Shown here piece after piece: positions 50,394-64,000 of a DNA stretch of 64,000 nucleotides. Each line of letters starts with the position of its first letter. Position 1 is the stretch's first letter. A model generated the notes under the pieces. That model worked only from the letters and a program-made list of their open reading frames with translations, ran no database searches and was not told where the DNA came from. The translations under genes and the position numbers were made by a program. The DNA is from Bugula neritina (Eukaryota; Animalia; Bryozoa), in assembly GCA_964035545.1 (NCBI GenBank), contig OZ037767.1, positions 12,633,801 through 12,697,800 of the forward strand, read 5' to 3'.

Positions 50394-51173
50394 TCACCGG
50401 CTTTCCATGTACCGATCTCAGATCGATCTCGCTGAGATCGATCTGAGCATACCTCTCAGATCGATCGTTTTTCCATGAGAAGTGTCAGATCGATCTCACG
50501 GAGTTGCCTCCTCTTAAGTGAAGAGTACTTTAATAGTATAATTTGTTCACAAATCTGGATGATTAAAGCTGCTGAGGTTAAAAAACAAGATTGTTGATGT
50601 CTAAAAATTAATGGTGCTTGTAAACAATACGCAACAAAGCTTTTAGTGTAAAGTAATATAGCCAATTTAAGATAATCACTTTTAATTTTTTAGCTCAACA
50701 GCTTAAATAAAATTAATAGCTATCTTGCAGATTATTCATAAACTTACAGGATTGTTAAGCTTGAAATTACGCAGCAAATAACTAATGAAAGTAAGTTTTA
50801 CTAGTCATTTAAATTCAATTTAAATGCTCCAATTCTTTGTAATTTCTATGGACTATAATTTTATATAATTGAGTTTTTTTAATCATAGTACTGAAAGTCA
50901 AAGTTTTGGCATCTGAAAATGTGGCTATCGTAATTATTAAGTAATTTGCTTAGTAATTATCAATAAGTTGTCATTTTTATCAGCAGACAACATTTTAGCG
51001 AACAGTCTTTTTCTACTTCTCAGATCGATCTGGAGTCTTTCCATGGATCGATCTCACTGAGATCGATCTGAGTTCGAGCTCTACAGACCGACCAGCTCAG
51101 AACGACTGAGATCGATCTTTGACATCTTTCCATGGATCGATCTCGCTGAGATCGGTACATGGAAAGCCGGTGA
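50394..51173. mobile_element. MITE / non-autonomous DNA transposon with 28-bp TIRs and AGATCGATCT subterminal repeats
   Basis: TCACCGGCTTTCCATGTACCGATCTCAG ... CTGAGATCGGTACATGGAAAGCCGGTGA. GATCGATC palindromes recur in both subterminal regions around an AT-rich interior. Confidence 0.88.
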
Positions 51174-51472
51174 ATAACTTTTGTATTGTTTACAACATGT
51201 CTCCTTTCCCTCCGCCCTTCTTTCGATTCTATACATCGGGAAATGTGCCGACGTGAATATAAGCATTTTGCAAGGCTATAAAAGCATGAGGAAACGCTAT
51301 AACGTTTACTTATTTAAGCAATAATAATATTTAGACAGTTCGACTCTGAGCAATCATGTTGCGATGCTTAGTAAATTTGAATTTAATAAATATATCCACC
51401 CAATTAGGTCGTTTCTAGGAACTGGCGCGTACTCAGCAGGTGGCTACCCGCGCTTTGATTGATCATTTGGCC

Positions 51473-53539
51473 ATGCAAAAAGTCGCGCTTAAAACACCCG
51501 CTAAAACCTTTGTCAGGTTTTGTAACTCGGGGCTGTTGCACTCTGCAGTTCTTTCAGTTGATGCTCAAATTGTAAACAAAATGGCATCAATAAACAAATC
51601 GCCTTTAGCTAGTCCGCTGAAACAAGTAACTAACACACTAATGTCCGCATCACCTCAGAAACGGTTTAAATCGGAAAATCAAAGTGAAATTTCTCGAAAC
51701 ACTGCTTTAAATACAAAATCTCAACCTGTTCTAAGGTTTGCTAAACTGACGGATCAAGCTACCACTCCTACAAGGGGTTCTAAATATGCTGCCGGTTATG
51801 ATTTATACAGGTAAACATAAAATATAGAGAACAACCCAGTCTTGCATTCATAGTCGGTATGATAGTCAGTGTGATATTCATTATTATTTTTATTGTCACA
51901 GTGATGGTCATACTTATACTCATAACTCATAGATGTAGTGGTAGTCATACTCAATCTCATACTCTGTGCTCGCCTAGTCTTAGTCTTACTGGTGTGATAC
52001 TGATATTCATAGTCAATGTTATAGTGGGTGTGACTTTGATAGACTTCAGTTGATGATACTCTAACCTCTACTCACACATACTCATACTGATAGTGATACT
52101 GTGAAACTGGAAATGAAATTGAATGTGATAGTCAGACTCGTAGTGATAGTGATAGTCAAACTCATGCTGAGATCCATAGGATAAGGATGGTCGCAGTACT
52201 AGTGATAGTCATAATAAAATTGGGAGTTGAACTCAAGTTAGAAGTCTTGTCATACAAGTATTAGTATAATGATCACCATTGATCAGAGATTAGATCTAAA
52301 GTTAGTTCGAATTTAAAAGTTCGACAACAAGTATAACACTGTGAAGTACACTTTCAGTTATGACTTTAAGTAAATACATCATTACTGATTTAGATTAGAC
52401 ATTATTCATCATAATTAGTAAAACTGAAAGTTGAGGTAATTACTATTTGACTGAATTAGTAATGCTAACAAGTCCTCTTTAATTTCAAACTCAATTTGCA
52501 ATCAACCAGTAAACATGGAATTTTTAGAACTGCAAAAGGTTAGGGAATGAAATTAATAGACCTGTATGTCTGTCTTAAGTTAGTAAAAACTATTAATTCT
52601 ATTTTCTAATAATTATCTCACCTTCATGACTCTATGTGTTTCTAGTGCACATGAGTGTGTGATTCCAGCCAGAGGAAAGAGTTTGATAAAAACAGACATA
52701 CAAATAGAGCTCCCCTCCGGGTGTTATGGCAGAGTGGCTCCACGCTCTGGTTTGGCTCATAAACACTTCCTGGACGTAGGCGCCGGTGTCATTGACGAAG
52801 ATTACAGAGGGAATGTTGGCGTTATTATGTTCAACTTCAACTCTGAGGACTATAAGGTAACTTATTATCATTTTGACTTCGTTAGTTTACTTCTGAATTT
52901 GTTCAAATTCAGTCTGTTTCCCTTTTATTATAATCTTTACAATATCCTATAACTTGCAAGTTGTCATTCACATTCTATATAATGATTATAAATTGTCTTT
53001 AGTTTTAACTTGTTAACTAATATCCTGAATTGCTAGTGATTATCTCCTAAAAACTCACCTGGGTTTATAGTCGTCATCCCTTTGAGAAGCCCCTGTTTAT
53101 AAGCATGCTAAGGATTTATTCATTATTGTGACACAGGAGCAATTATGACTGAATGCTCTTCATAACATTACCAATGGCCATTACTGGGATTCAAACCACT
53201 AACCTTGTGTTTAATAAGCCAGTGCTCTAACCACTAGACCACGGCTGCTCCTGCTAATGAATATTGTGCAATATATATTGATATAATGTAATAATATAAT
53301 ATATTTTTGCTGTACCAATGGCTATAAAGTTTAATAAATGCTGAAGAAGATTATAAAGTAAAGTTACTGCCACAAGTTTCACATATTATGTGAGTGTTCT
53401 CACTGTGCAGGTGGAGAAGGGAGACAGGGTAGCTCAGCTGATATGCGAAAGAATCTACTACCCTGAACTGCAGGAAGTTGAATCTCTAACTGATACAGAA
53501 AGAGGCTCCGGAGGGTACGGCTCTACCGGTAAAAAATGA
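51473..53539 (+). CDS. DUT: dUTP pyrophosphatase (trimeric dUTPase); 225 aa from ATG 51473 or 189 aa from ATG 51581
   Basis: Exons 51473-51810, 52646-52856 and 53411-53539. All five motifs are present: [53 protein letters not shown]-like SPQKRFK. AATAAA at about 54022. Confidence 0.97.
53048..53251 (-). mobile_element. tRNA-derived SINE, family A, in dUTPase intron 2
   Basis: Reverse complement of family A (CTCTAACCACTAGACCACGGCTGCTCC; ACAGGAGCAATTATGACTG; GTTTATAGTCG). Confidence 0.85.
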
Positions 53540-55016
53540 CTAAAATAAAAACCAATTTACAGCCTCATTTTTGGAGTTGCGTTCTCTATTCAAGTACTTG
53601 TATCAGGAATTATACTCCAACTTTCTGGTCATACTATACAATGACATGTTCCTGTGACAGTGGGGGTAGTATTGGTGATTCTGTGTACAATAGGTAAATA
53701 ATAGTATGCAATGCCTCGCGGATTTTTTATGTGGTGAGCATAACTCCTATGATTTACTGAATAGCAAAATTTTTAATTCGTCATTGGGAGGATGTGCTGT
53801 AATATTTGCTATAAATTTTAATTTTGAATTTGTGCCGTCTTTTAACTTGTCCTTGTGATACTTTTGTCTCGTTTAGGGAATGTGTAAAATATTGTAAATT
53901 TTCTGTTGTATAGTAATTCGTTATTTTGCAAAGGTTGAATGTAGTTTAATTTGTAAAGATATACAATTGTAAAGAATTGTAAATTAGCTCTACACATCTG
54001 CCTTGTCATATTATGCTGTGCAATAAATTGTAATTATATTTCTCAACACTGAGTATTCTGATTTTAAGAAAGCAGCAATTTCATTAGCAAAGGAAATTAA
54101 ATAACACCAACATACTTATGTAGTTGAAGGAGTAAATAAAAAGATAAACTCACTGATGTTTGTTCATTTTGGTAAGGGGTGATGCTAGAAGCCAAGTTTT
54201 AAGAGTTGTCTACTATTAAGACCTGTGCTGGTAACATTCAGCATGGTGAAAATGACATTTATTATTTTTAGTTTGAATCATTACTATAAGCAAGATAACA
54301 AAATATTGAATTTTAGGTTTAAACTATTGTGGGGTGTGTAAGAATTTATACTCCCCATGTGATCCCCTTTGTGCCAGTTGCTGTTATCCTCACTTCTTTG
54401 TGAAGAGAATAATAGAAGTTATGCACATTAAACTTCTTCTTGGCCTAAATAACTGCAGCTCAAGAATCATTTATAAGCCTACGCTGTAAATCACTTGTTT
54501 TACGTCACCTACTTCAAAGATTTTTTCCAGGTTAAGGAGTTGCCTTTTCCACATTGCTCAGTAAATTGGAGTCATTTTTAAATTAGTTATTTGGTGGTCA
54601 CAGATGTCATTATTAACAGATAGAGTGGAATTGATAACAAAGAGCAGTGAAAATATTTGGAATTATGATGGAAAGTCAGCCGCTAAAGAAAATATTATTC
54701 AAAATTATTTTGGGTACCCAGTTTGATGATAAAATGTTTGGAATATTATTTCATTTCAAAACAGATAGAAGTATAATTTATACTGATATTTTGACCAAGA
54801 TTATATATTATATTATATTAATTACATCATACCAGGCGATAGTATAACATACTATAATTATATACTTGTTATATTATATAACATATTACATAATATAGTA
54901 TATAACAGTATCACACTAATATATTATAATTATGGCATACCAACTGGCTAGTAATATATACATAGCATATTATATTACGTGTTTAAATTATTAGACACTA
55001 TAATATGCTTTATTAT

Positions 55017-55228
55017 GGGAGCAGCCGTGGTCTAGGGGTTAGAGCGTTTGCCTAGTAAGCACGAAGTTATGGGTTGGAGCCCGGACAAAGGCCATTGGTG
55101 ATGTTAGGGAGAGTATCCAGTCATAATTGCTCCTGTGTCACATATGAATAAGTCCTAAGCTTGCTTTAACAAAAACCTTTTCCGTCAGGGGTTCTCACAG
55201 GGATAGTGACTATAAACTTTCGTGAGTT
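55017..55228 (+). mobile_element. tRNA-derived SINE, family A
   Basis: Colinear with the 44417 copy. Flanked by the near-identical TATAATATGCTTTATTATGG and TATAATATGATCTATTATGG. Confidence 0.9.
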
Positions 55229-56259
55229 ATAATATGATCTATTATGGTTCAGAGAAATAACTGGTCTTTATCAAAAACTAATTGGTAGTAATCCAGAGTT
55301 TTGGAACAAAACAAAACTTTATTTCAGTAAAATAAATCATTTTAATGATCTACACTTTTCATAATTAGATGAAATATAATATTTATAACAAGAAGCTACA
55401 TGTACATGTAAATGCTAGTAACTTTCCAATAACCGTTACTGAATGAAAGGAGTTTTTCAACATGCAATTATTGTATCTATGACAAAAGTTTACTTTTAGA
55501 ATTCAACTCATATGTTACGTTATTTAGAAAAATTCTAAATGGCAAATTACATTTACTGCTGTTTCCACATTCGCTGCTGCTACAGCAGCATATCCAGGAG
55601 CTTGTTACATAACCCAATAGTGATTAAACAGCGAGAGAGAGGACTTTGAATAGCAAACCTGTCTTTGAACCATATTGATTTGAAATACATTCACTTTTCT
55701 TGTTTTGTTTCAAGCTGAGTTGTAATCATATCATGCCATTTCCCATTACTCACTTTTATAATGAACTCTTCAAGTTGTATATTTTATTCATTTACTAGCG
55801 TATAATTACACTCTAAAGAACTAAAGAAATAATTACATCTCTGCTATATTCTAATATCTGTTTTACAATTATTATATCATTCATCGTGTGTCTTCAAAGA
55901 ATGTCCCTACAAGCAGCTATATCTGATCAATGATGTTCAACATAACAGTTATTATATAACACACTGGCCATCAATCACTGCACAGTCACTTAGATGCAGG
56001 TATATCCAAAGAGTAACATAAAATAATATTTGTTGCAACCTTGTAGGCGATAACCTGCAGCCCTACCAATGTTCTTAAAGGAACCTACACAACGAAAGTC
56101 TTTATTCGAAAATAAGTGACATTAATTAAAAAAATATAAAGAAAGTGCCAGTTTATGAGTATTTTTAATCTTTTAACTTGAATTTAGTAGGCAGTGTCGT
56201 ATACATGAAGCGAAATCCTTCCCAAGCGACATCCTCTCTACGCCATATAGTTTTACTTA

Positions 56260-59200
56260 CTAAATATCTCCTTCTAAGTCACTTTCGTCAGCCTCTGGCA
56301 ATCCACTGAACGTTGTCTCTGCACTCTTAGAACTATTGTTTATTGTAGTCGCGGGTGGTTGAACCCATTTTCGTCTTGTCTCCTCACATTTCCAGCTTTT
56401 GGTAAATACGTTACTAATGGTAGCTTGACTGGTATTGGTTGAGTTAGAAGGTATGTTAGCGAATGAACAGTTTGGTATCAATGGCGAATGATCAATTCGG
56501 ACTACTTCACTGTCTTTTTGAAGGTGTGAGGGTAGAATGGAGCATGAATCTGTTTTTTTGTCTCTTCTTTCACGAGCTCTTCGATTCTGGAACCAAATTT
56601 TTACCTAAAATATGTAAATAAAAAACATTACTGACCAAAACACTGCATCAAAATTGAACTGTTTTAATATAGTTATCGAAACTATTTGAATGAGCTAGAA
56701 TATTTAAATTGAAGTAAAAAACAGGACAGTAATTGTCAAAAATTTTATAACTATTTTTAGAATTTTTTCTAATTTGATAAGCAAAGACTTTCCTTGCAAT
56801 TTTTTGTTTTCTATATTTTTGAAATTTTAAAATTATCCAATATCCAAAATAAATAACTGCGGAGATTTAAAAAAAATTTAATTTGATTCTAATATTTAAC
56901 TTCATGTTCCCATTGAATTCAATTTACTTGCTTCAAGTACAGCACAAAGAAGGGGCCAAAATATCTTAATAAAAGATATTTTTATTCTTGTTTGTAATTT
57001 TTTCAATGTTTGCTAGCAGATAGCAATTTTCAAGGGCTATAACACACTCTGGATGCTATTAACAGTATATTCTTATACTGAGCTATATATCCTTAGTAAA
57101 AGTTAGGTACCTGTTCAGCATTTTGAATATACAAATTATTTATTATAAGCACCATAATATATTATAATTATTGTATTGTCTAATTTAATTGGTTTCATTC
57201 TGCACAATACTTGAAGTTGGTCGACAAAGTATCAGTTAACCAGAAAAGTAGTTTGTTACCTTCTTATGCAAAGAGTAGACTCTCTACACAATTAACCAAC
57301 AACTGACTTGCCATCACTTATAATAGATTAGTTATTATTATCTCAACCTCTTGCTGGGCCTCTTTAACTTCTCAATTTCGATTATACAATATTTTAATAT
57401 AATGTGCATAAGCCTGTATTGCATACAAGTGAACTGGCATGCATTATATTGAGCACTTGACTAAGAAAGGTAATATAATGATAACTGGGTAATGGAATTA
57501 GCGCACCTGTGCTGCACATATTAGTGTATATATAATTACATGAAATAAATTGTTGCTATTATTAGTGTCCACTCCTTAGGTAAAATATTATAATTATAAA
57601 TATTATAGTTGTTTACTTTATTTGCCAATTTAAATTTCAGACTTATGGTGAGTATGATTGGTTTTTACCATCATGGTAAAAGAGCAAAATTAATAAATAA
57701 ATGTGAAACTTCTGAGAAAACAAAATGAATTATTTTTCATCTTTTTAATTTACTTATGAAACTAAAAAATGAAATTAGTAACATATCTTTCAAAAATTAT
57801 TTCGACAGCCAATTAGAAATCACTATTTAACTGGAAGAAAACTCAAGCTCTGTGAAAATCAGGAACATGAAAATTTATATTGATTGTTTTGAATTCATCT
57901 ATGAGGTAGGTGCAGTAATGGAGAAGTTGAGAAAAGCCTGTGTTCTAGATTAGAAATGTAGCAAAAGAAGTTATTTTCGTGCAAAGATTTCAACCTGTGC
58001 CCCAAACTAAAATTTATAAAGAAATCTAAAGAACTTAGGCTATCCTAATTTCTCCGCTACTGCTCCCAAATGTCATCTATTAAGATAAATTTGTTTCTGT
58101 TCCTTTACTAGAAATTATTAAAACATATATTCTAATATTACTTGAAAATAGATGGCATCACGCTTATATAGTATTTTTAACTATAATACTATATTCTAAT
58201 CTACGTAAACTATGTTTATAGTGTATTATCCTTATATTATATTCTATATATTTTATGCCTGTGTTAGAACCTCAAAATTTTCTAAAGCGAGATCCCAGGA
58301 ACATATTATATACAATCTAGAGTTTCTTGTAGTAGTGTCAAATTGGAGGCAAAGCTTTCAACATTGGGCGAACGTTTGGTACTAAAAAACACTCACGGCT
58401 AGACGCCAAATACACAGATGTTCAAATTGAAGATACCATAACATATTGTCATCTTTGACAGACACATGCCAATCATCATCACAGTGTACTTACTCTATGT
58501 AAATATTATATACCCTGTATAACCTATTTCAATATTATACTTACTCTATATAAACACTATATTTTACTCTTTATAACCCATTTCTATATTATACTCAACT
58601 TAATTTTCAGCTATAATAACTTGCTTTACTTACTGCATATCTGAGGTAACTAGATAAAAGAGCTCTACTTACCCTAGCCTCAGAAAGCTCTAGCTCCTTG
58701 GATAATGCCACAACGTCTAAGCTACTGAGATATTTGCTGCAGCAGTATTTCTTCTCCAAAGAGTTAATTTGTTCTTGGGTGAACGGAATCCTGGGATTGC
58801 GACCAAGTTTCCTCTTTTTCGTCACAGGAAACTTTTTAGGGTGAAGTGAGAGATGCTCCGGGTAGTGTCCTGTCAAGAAAAAAATGCTAAGGAATTTGAA
58901 GTGGCAACTATCACACAAGGGAAGCAACTCCTGAACGCTTATGGCAACTAATAAAGACTATACGTTTTTTTACTGACACAAGTTGGTAAACTAATTTTTT
59001 ATCTGTTTATTTCAAAATGAATATCATGCTGACATCTTGAAGCTCTTAGTTTTGTTAACAAATAAAATCTCCTTTGCTTAATATAAAGCTTTAGCCTAAA
59101 GAGTAGAAAACTTTATGTGTATATGTGCTGTCGATCGGCACAAAAATAAGTTTATAAACCTGCATAGTGTAAAATAAAACATAGCATTTCAATTTCTAAA

Positions 59201-60218
59201 GAACTTCTAAAGAATTGGTACATTTGTAAACTGCTTGATACTTAATGATTATAACCAATATGATATTATTCTCAGCAGCATATAAAGTTACATAGAGACT
59301 CAAACTTACAGAAACGTTATAAAAAAGGATATATATGGAAATCTATATAAAATACTTGAAGACGACATTCCTAAACTCTGCTATAACTAAAAGTTTATTT
59401 ATGCACATGATATTTTTATATTTGCAAAATTAATTGATTCAAATGACCTAAAGATGTAAAAAAATTGAGGCAATAGAAGACACCCACGTGCTAAGCTGCC
59501 GGTGTTTGCTTGGATCAGTCTGTGGTGGTTCTGCTGGGCTGCGAGCTGCTGGTGCAGCCAAATCATCTTGGCAGCATCTATTAGTGACTTGTGCTGATGA
59601 TGTAGAGCAACAGGAAGAGAGGCAGCTGCTGTCACAGGGGAACTGAACATGCTAGAGTCAGCACTGACAGGGACAGTTTCTGGAGAAGAGTTATCCAAGA
59701 TTCTGTTGATGCTAAAGTTTGACACCTGAAACAGGTGGTTGTTATATTACGACACCAAGCATAGCTATATAAGTGAAGCTTGTTTAACTGTAAAATCAAT
59801 TGTGTGCAAATTCATATTAGAATATTAATGTTGACACATTTCAGTATTGATAGGTTAAACTGTATAATATATTATTACAAATAAAAAAAGTCTTTGCTAT
59901 ATTTTCAGCTCACCGACTTTCTTGGTTCACATCTCCACTATTATAATACAAATAAAACTTTGTTACATAATAAACGTAGCTATATAAATATAATTTTTAA
60001 AATTAGGATTTTGTCTAAAATACTTTTGCACTCAACAAACAAACTATTCCATAGTTCACCTTGGAATGTTTTGTGTTTATTGATGTGTCACTGAATATTG
60101 TGGGTGTCATGGTTGGTGAAAGTAATGTCTGTGTGGAGATCAGTGAAGCTGTAGGAGCAGCTGGAAGGAAAGGGTGATACAAGAATGGAGATTGTAGTGA
60201 TGCTGCCTTCCGCTCCAT
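56260..60218 (-). CDS. Msxlx: NKL-class homeobox protein, Msxlx (Msx-like) family, about 312 aa
   Basis: Exons 60218-60060, 59725-59488, 58869-58673 and 56604-56260 with compatible phases. Homeodomain GRNPRIPFTQEQINSLEKKYCCSKYLSSLDVVALSKELELSEAR|VKIWFQNRRARERR. The PRIPFT and RVKIWFQNRRARERR signatures match Msxlx rather than Msx (PRTPFT, QVKIWFQNRRAKAKR), recalled from family knowledge. eh1 motif FSINRIL. Confidence 0.85.
57902..58067. mobile_element. ~160-bp dispersed repeat with inverted ends (MITE-like), copy 2, in a Msxlx intron
   Basis: TGAGGTAGGTGCAGTAATGGAGAAGTTGAGA ... AAAGAACTTAGGCTATCCTAATTTCTCCGCTACTGCTCC, homologous to 26697-26850. Confidence 0.75.
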
Positions 60219-60897
60219 GGTTCTGCTGCTGAAGTTATTTATTAGCACTTGGACTGAAAAAGTTTTTGTATAAAACATTAAATTAAGTTGTGTTTATAAT
60301 ATAAAGTTACAGCATATAGACAGTTTGAGTATAACGTTGTTACGTGACCACCTGATTGTTAGCTAGAAATGAAGATTTCGTTTGCTTGGGGAATGTTGAA
60401 GATGCACTAATATACTCACAATATATGTAGTAGATATATTATACAGAGATTGAGGTGATTTTATTTTCTTGAGTGAACATATATGATGAATTTGACTATC
60501 TTTAAAGTTATAACCTACGCAAAAGATATTTTTTAATATAAAATGTGTTTTTATGGGCAGTGATATTTGTATATATAACTTTTATATTTATTATTGGACT
60601 GAGTTCAAAAATTTGAATAGTAGAAATTTTTTAACCTTATAATAGCAAACATGCATTAGAAGTGCTTAAACTCTTCAAAACTTGAAAACATAAAAACGAC
60701 TTTCTTATACATTTTCAAAATAATCATTACCAACAAAAAATTAAACTCAGAAACCCATAAACATAGCTAGTATATCATAAAACACGATGATAGAGTTTTG
60801 CTTACGTACATATGAAAATGTTATCGCAATCAAAATTACTAACTTACAAAACAGAAAATTTCACTAATTAGAGTACAAGATAGGTAAGGTAACATGA

Positions 60898-61045
60898 CTT
60901 ACCGGTATAAACTTAGTTGTGTCACTATACAGAGCATTCATAAGTATCAGGGTTTAAATAGGAGCTTTCCTTGCTCACTTTTATTGTGATTTTGACGAAC
61001 CAATGAAAAGCATTGTGTGTAAGTACTTCTTGCATGTCCAATAGT
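60898..61045 (-). promoter_or_regulatory. Putative Msxlx promoter and short non-coding first exon
   Basis: Minus-strand donor (cttac at 60898-60902), TATA-like TATTTAAA at 60960-60953, and CCAAT at about 61000 and 61038. The ATG exon has its own acceptor at 60254-60255. Confidence 0.45.
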
Positions 61046-61766
61046 TGTACACATCTTTGCCTAGTCATTCATGTGGTTCAACATTGAATAAATACTGTGA
61101 AATAATGCAATATTTGGCAGCAAATTGGCTGACAATAGCTGCCTGGCAATTTCGCTGCAGATAATATAAAGCATAGGAGACTTCGTTCCATAGTTTAGCT
61201 TAACAAAAAGTATATAAAAATTATGTATAAAAACACAAAATGATGAGTGTTGAAAACAATATATTATTAGTATTTAGCAATATAACATAATTTTTATATA
61301 GATGCAAATTATGGGAAAAATTATTTTTGTAATAATAGTATGTGCAGCAAATATTTACTTAAAAATATAAACCTAGCAGCAAATATGAGTTATTAACTAA
61401 TCGATTCTTTTATTTATCAATAATTATAACAATTACTAATTATATAGTCTTAAAAGAGAAGCAGATTTCTTGGGTATAGTAACAAAAGGTTAATATTCTG
61501 TATTAATTGTTGATCGCCAGACACATATTTTAAAATATTACTTTTATTAGTAATAAAACCTCTTTTCTAGTATTACATAACTTAAAAATCTCAGCAAAAA
61601 TACACACCTTTGTATATAGATAAACTCGTCAGATAAATTCAATCATTAAAATTACCATTTATATTAACCAAAATCATACAGCAATATTGACATTTCAAAA
61701 GAACTGACAGCTTTCTTTTACACTTATGTAATATATAGCAAATTTAATATATATTATTATTATTAT

Positions 61767-62722
<956 letters not shown>

Positions 62723-64000
62723 ATAAAATAATTTAGTATATTACGCATTTTGAATTATTTTAAATTGTCATCAAACATTGTAATTTTTTTTTTATACTTT
62801 AGTGCACAAAAGCAAATATTTAAATGATGTTATGCTGTTATTTTGCTGCAGCTAATGCAGTATATGTATACTGTATACACATATTAGGAACTATGATTCT
62901 CAGCTATATTTATGACAAAACCTATCTGTATTTTAACCTGCATTATGTCAAATCATGAGAAACTTTAAGAACAGCAAGCAGTTACATGGTCTGGTAGAGT
63001 CAATGCATTTATGAATAATTGCATACAATAATTGTCGTTACTAGGTTGTTAAGGCAGCAGATTAGCTTGCGCTGCCTTTCCAGATTAATAACTCATGACA
63101 ACTTCTAACAGCTAATTACTGTATTAGCAATTACACTAAAGCAGTGGCTACATAAATTTGATATTAAAATTTAACTACAGTAATTATTGATAACATTCAT
63201 TATTTTATTGTAATATTTTCGAGTGTCTCCTTAAGCATTATGACAAGTAAACAACTAAATATACATTCAATATTGCTGCAGGTGTGCCTGCTGGACATTA
63301 GCTTACTAATACATGGTACGCTGTATTCTGATTGGCTATTTGAAATGCCTGAGATAATTATTTTAATGCAACTCGTTTACCATCTATAAGTCAACCGGGT
63401 AAAAAATATATGTTTTTGAGAAACATCAAGTAGAAATCTTCATTAACTAAAACATCAAAGTACTATCTTTTAGTTTTTAAAGTAAAAAAAATTAGACAAA
63501 ATTTGCATAATAAATAAGTTAGTCAAATACTTGATAATCTTCTTCAACTTTTCAACTTGCTCGCTTATAGTGAAAGCTAGGATTTTTCAAACACTATATG
63601 ACTAGCTATTGCCTAATAATGACAAAGTTATGCATTGCACTGCAGTTTTGCATTGAATCTCTTATTATACAAGAATAGTTTTTAAAAACATCGCTATTTG
63701 TTTATAAAGCTGGTTTATAACAATAAAATTTTATAAAAAAAAATCAAAATGGTAATATAATACATATGATACATAATATTATATTATAACACTCTATTTT
63801 TGTATATTACAATATAATATATAATATGCTGAGTTCTTACTGCATTGCTGTATACCATAGTAGCATGCAGTCTTCTGCATAGCATTATAGCATGTATATA
63901 ACACAATAATTACATAGCATTATAGCATGCAGCGCACTGCATAACATTATAGTGTGCAATGCAAGCATTTAGATACTGTTTATCATTATATATATATATA

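Noticed and set aside
51440-53539. Viral or retroelement-derived dUTPase
   Set aside because: It has spliceosomal introns, a cellular-type NLS and no adjacent viral or pol genes. The Tyr for Phe in motif V is a conservative aromatic change.

Overview
AT-rich, intron-rich animal genomic DNA. It is probably a lophotrochozoan invertebrate, which is an inference from gene content and not a firm identification. Five spliced genes can be assembled by hand with consistent intron phases. (1) The 5' half of talin (FERM head, minus strand, running off the left edge). (2) Head-to-head with it, a 26-exon EF-hand/WD40 gene of the WDR49(CFAP337)/EFCAB8/WDY type, about 1111 aa, with a GC-AG intron and a 15-nt microexon. 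(3) A small secreted six-cysteine peptide gene whose framework resembles molluscan sodium-influx-stimulating peptide and the CHH/ITP family; this is the most novel-looking item. (4) A three-exon dUTPase with two in-frame starts, suggesting mitochondrial and nuclear isoforms. (5) An Msxlx-type NKL homeobox gene with an eh1 motif (minus strand). Non-coding DNA holds two tRNA-derived SINE families, at least six MITE types, a 5'-truncated LINE, many minisatellites (several copying splice junctions) and a ~940-bp pure (TG)n tract. There is no CRISPR array, rRNA or convincing functional tRNA. Most short ORFs in the supplied track are exon read-throughs or repeat artefacts.
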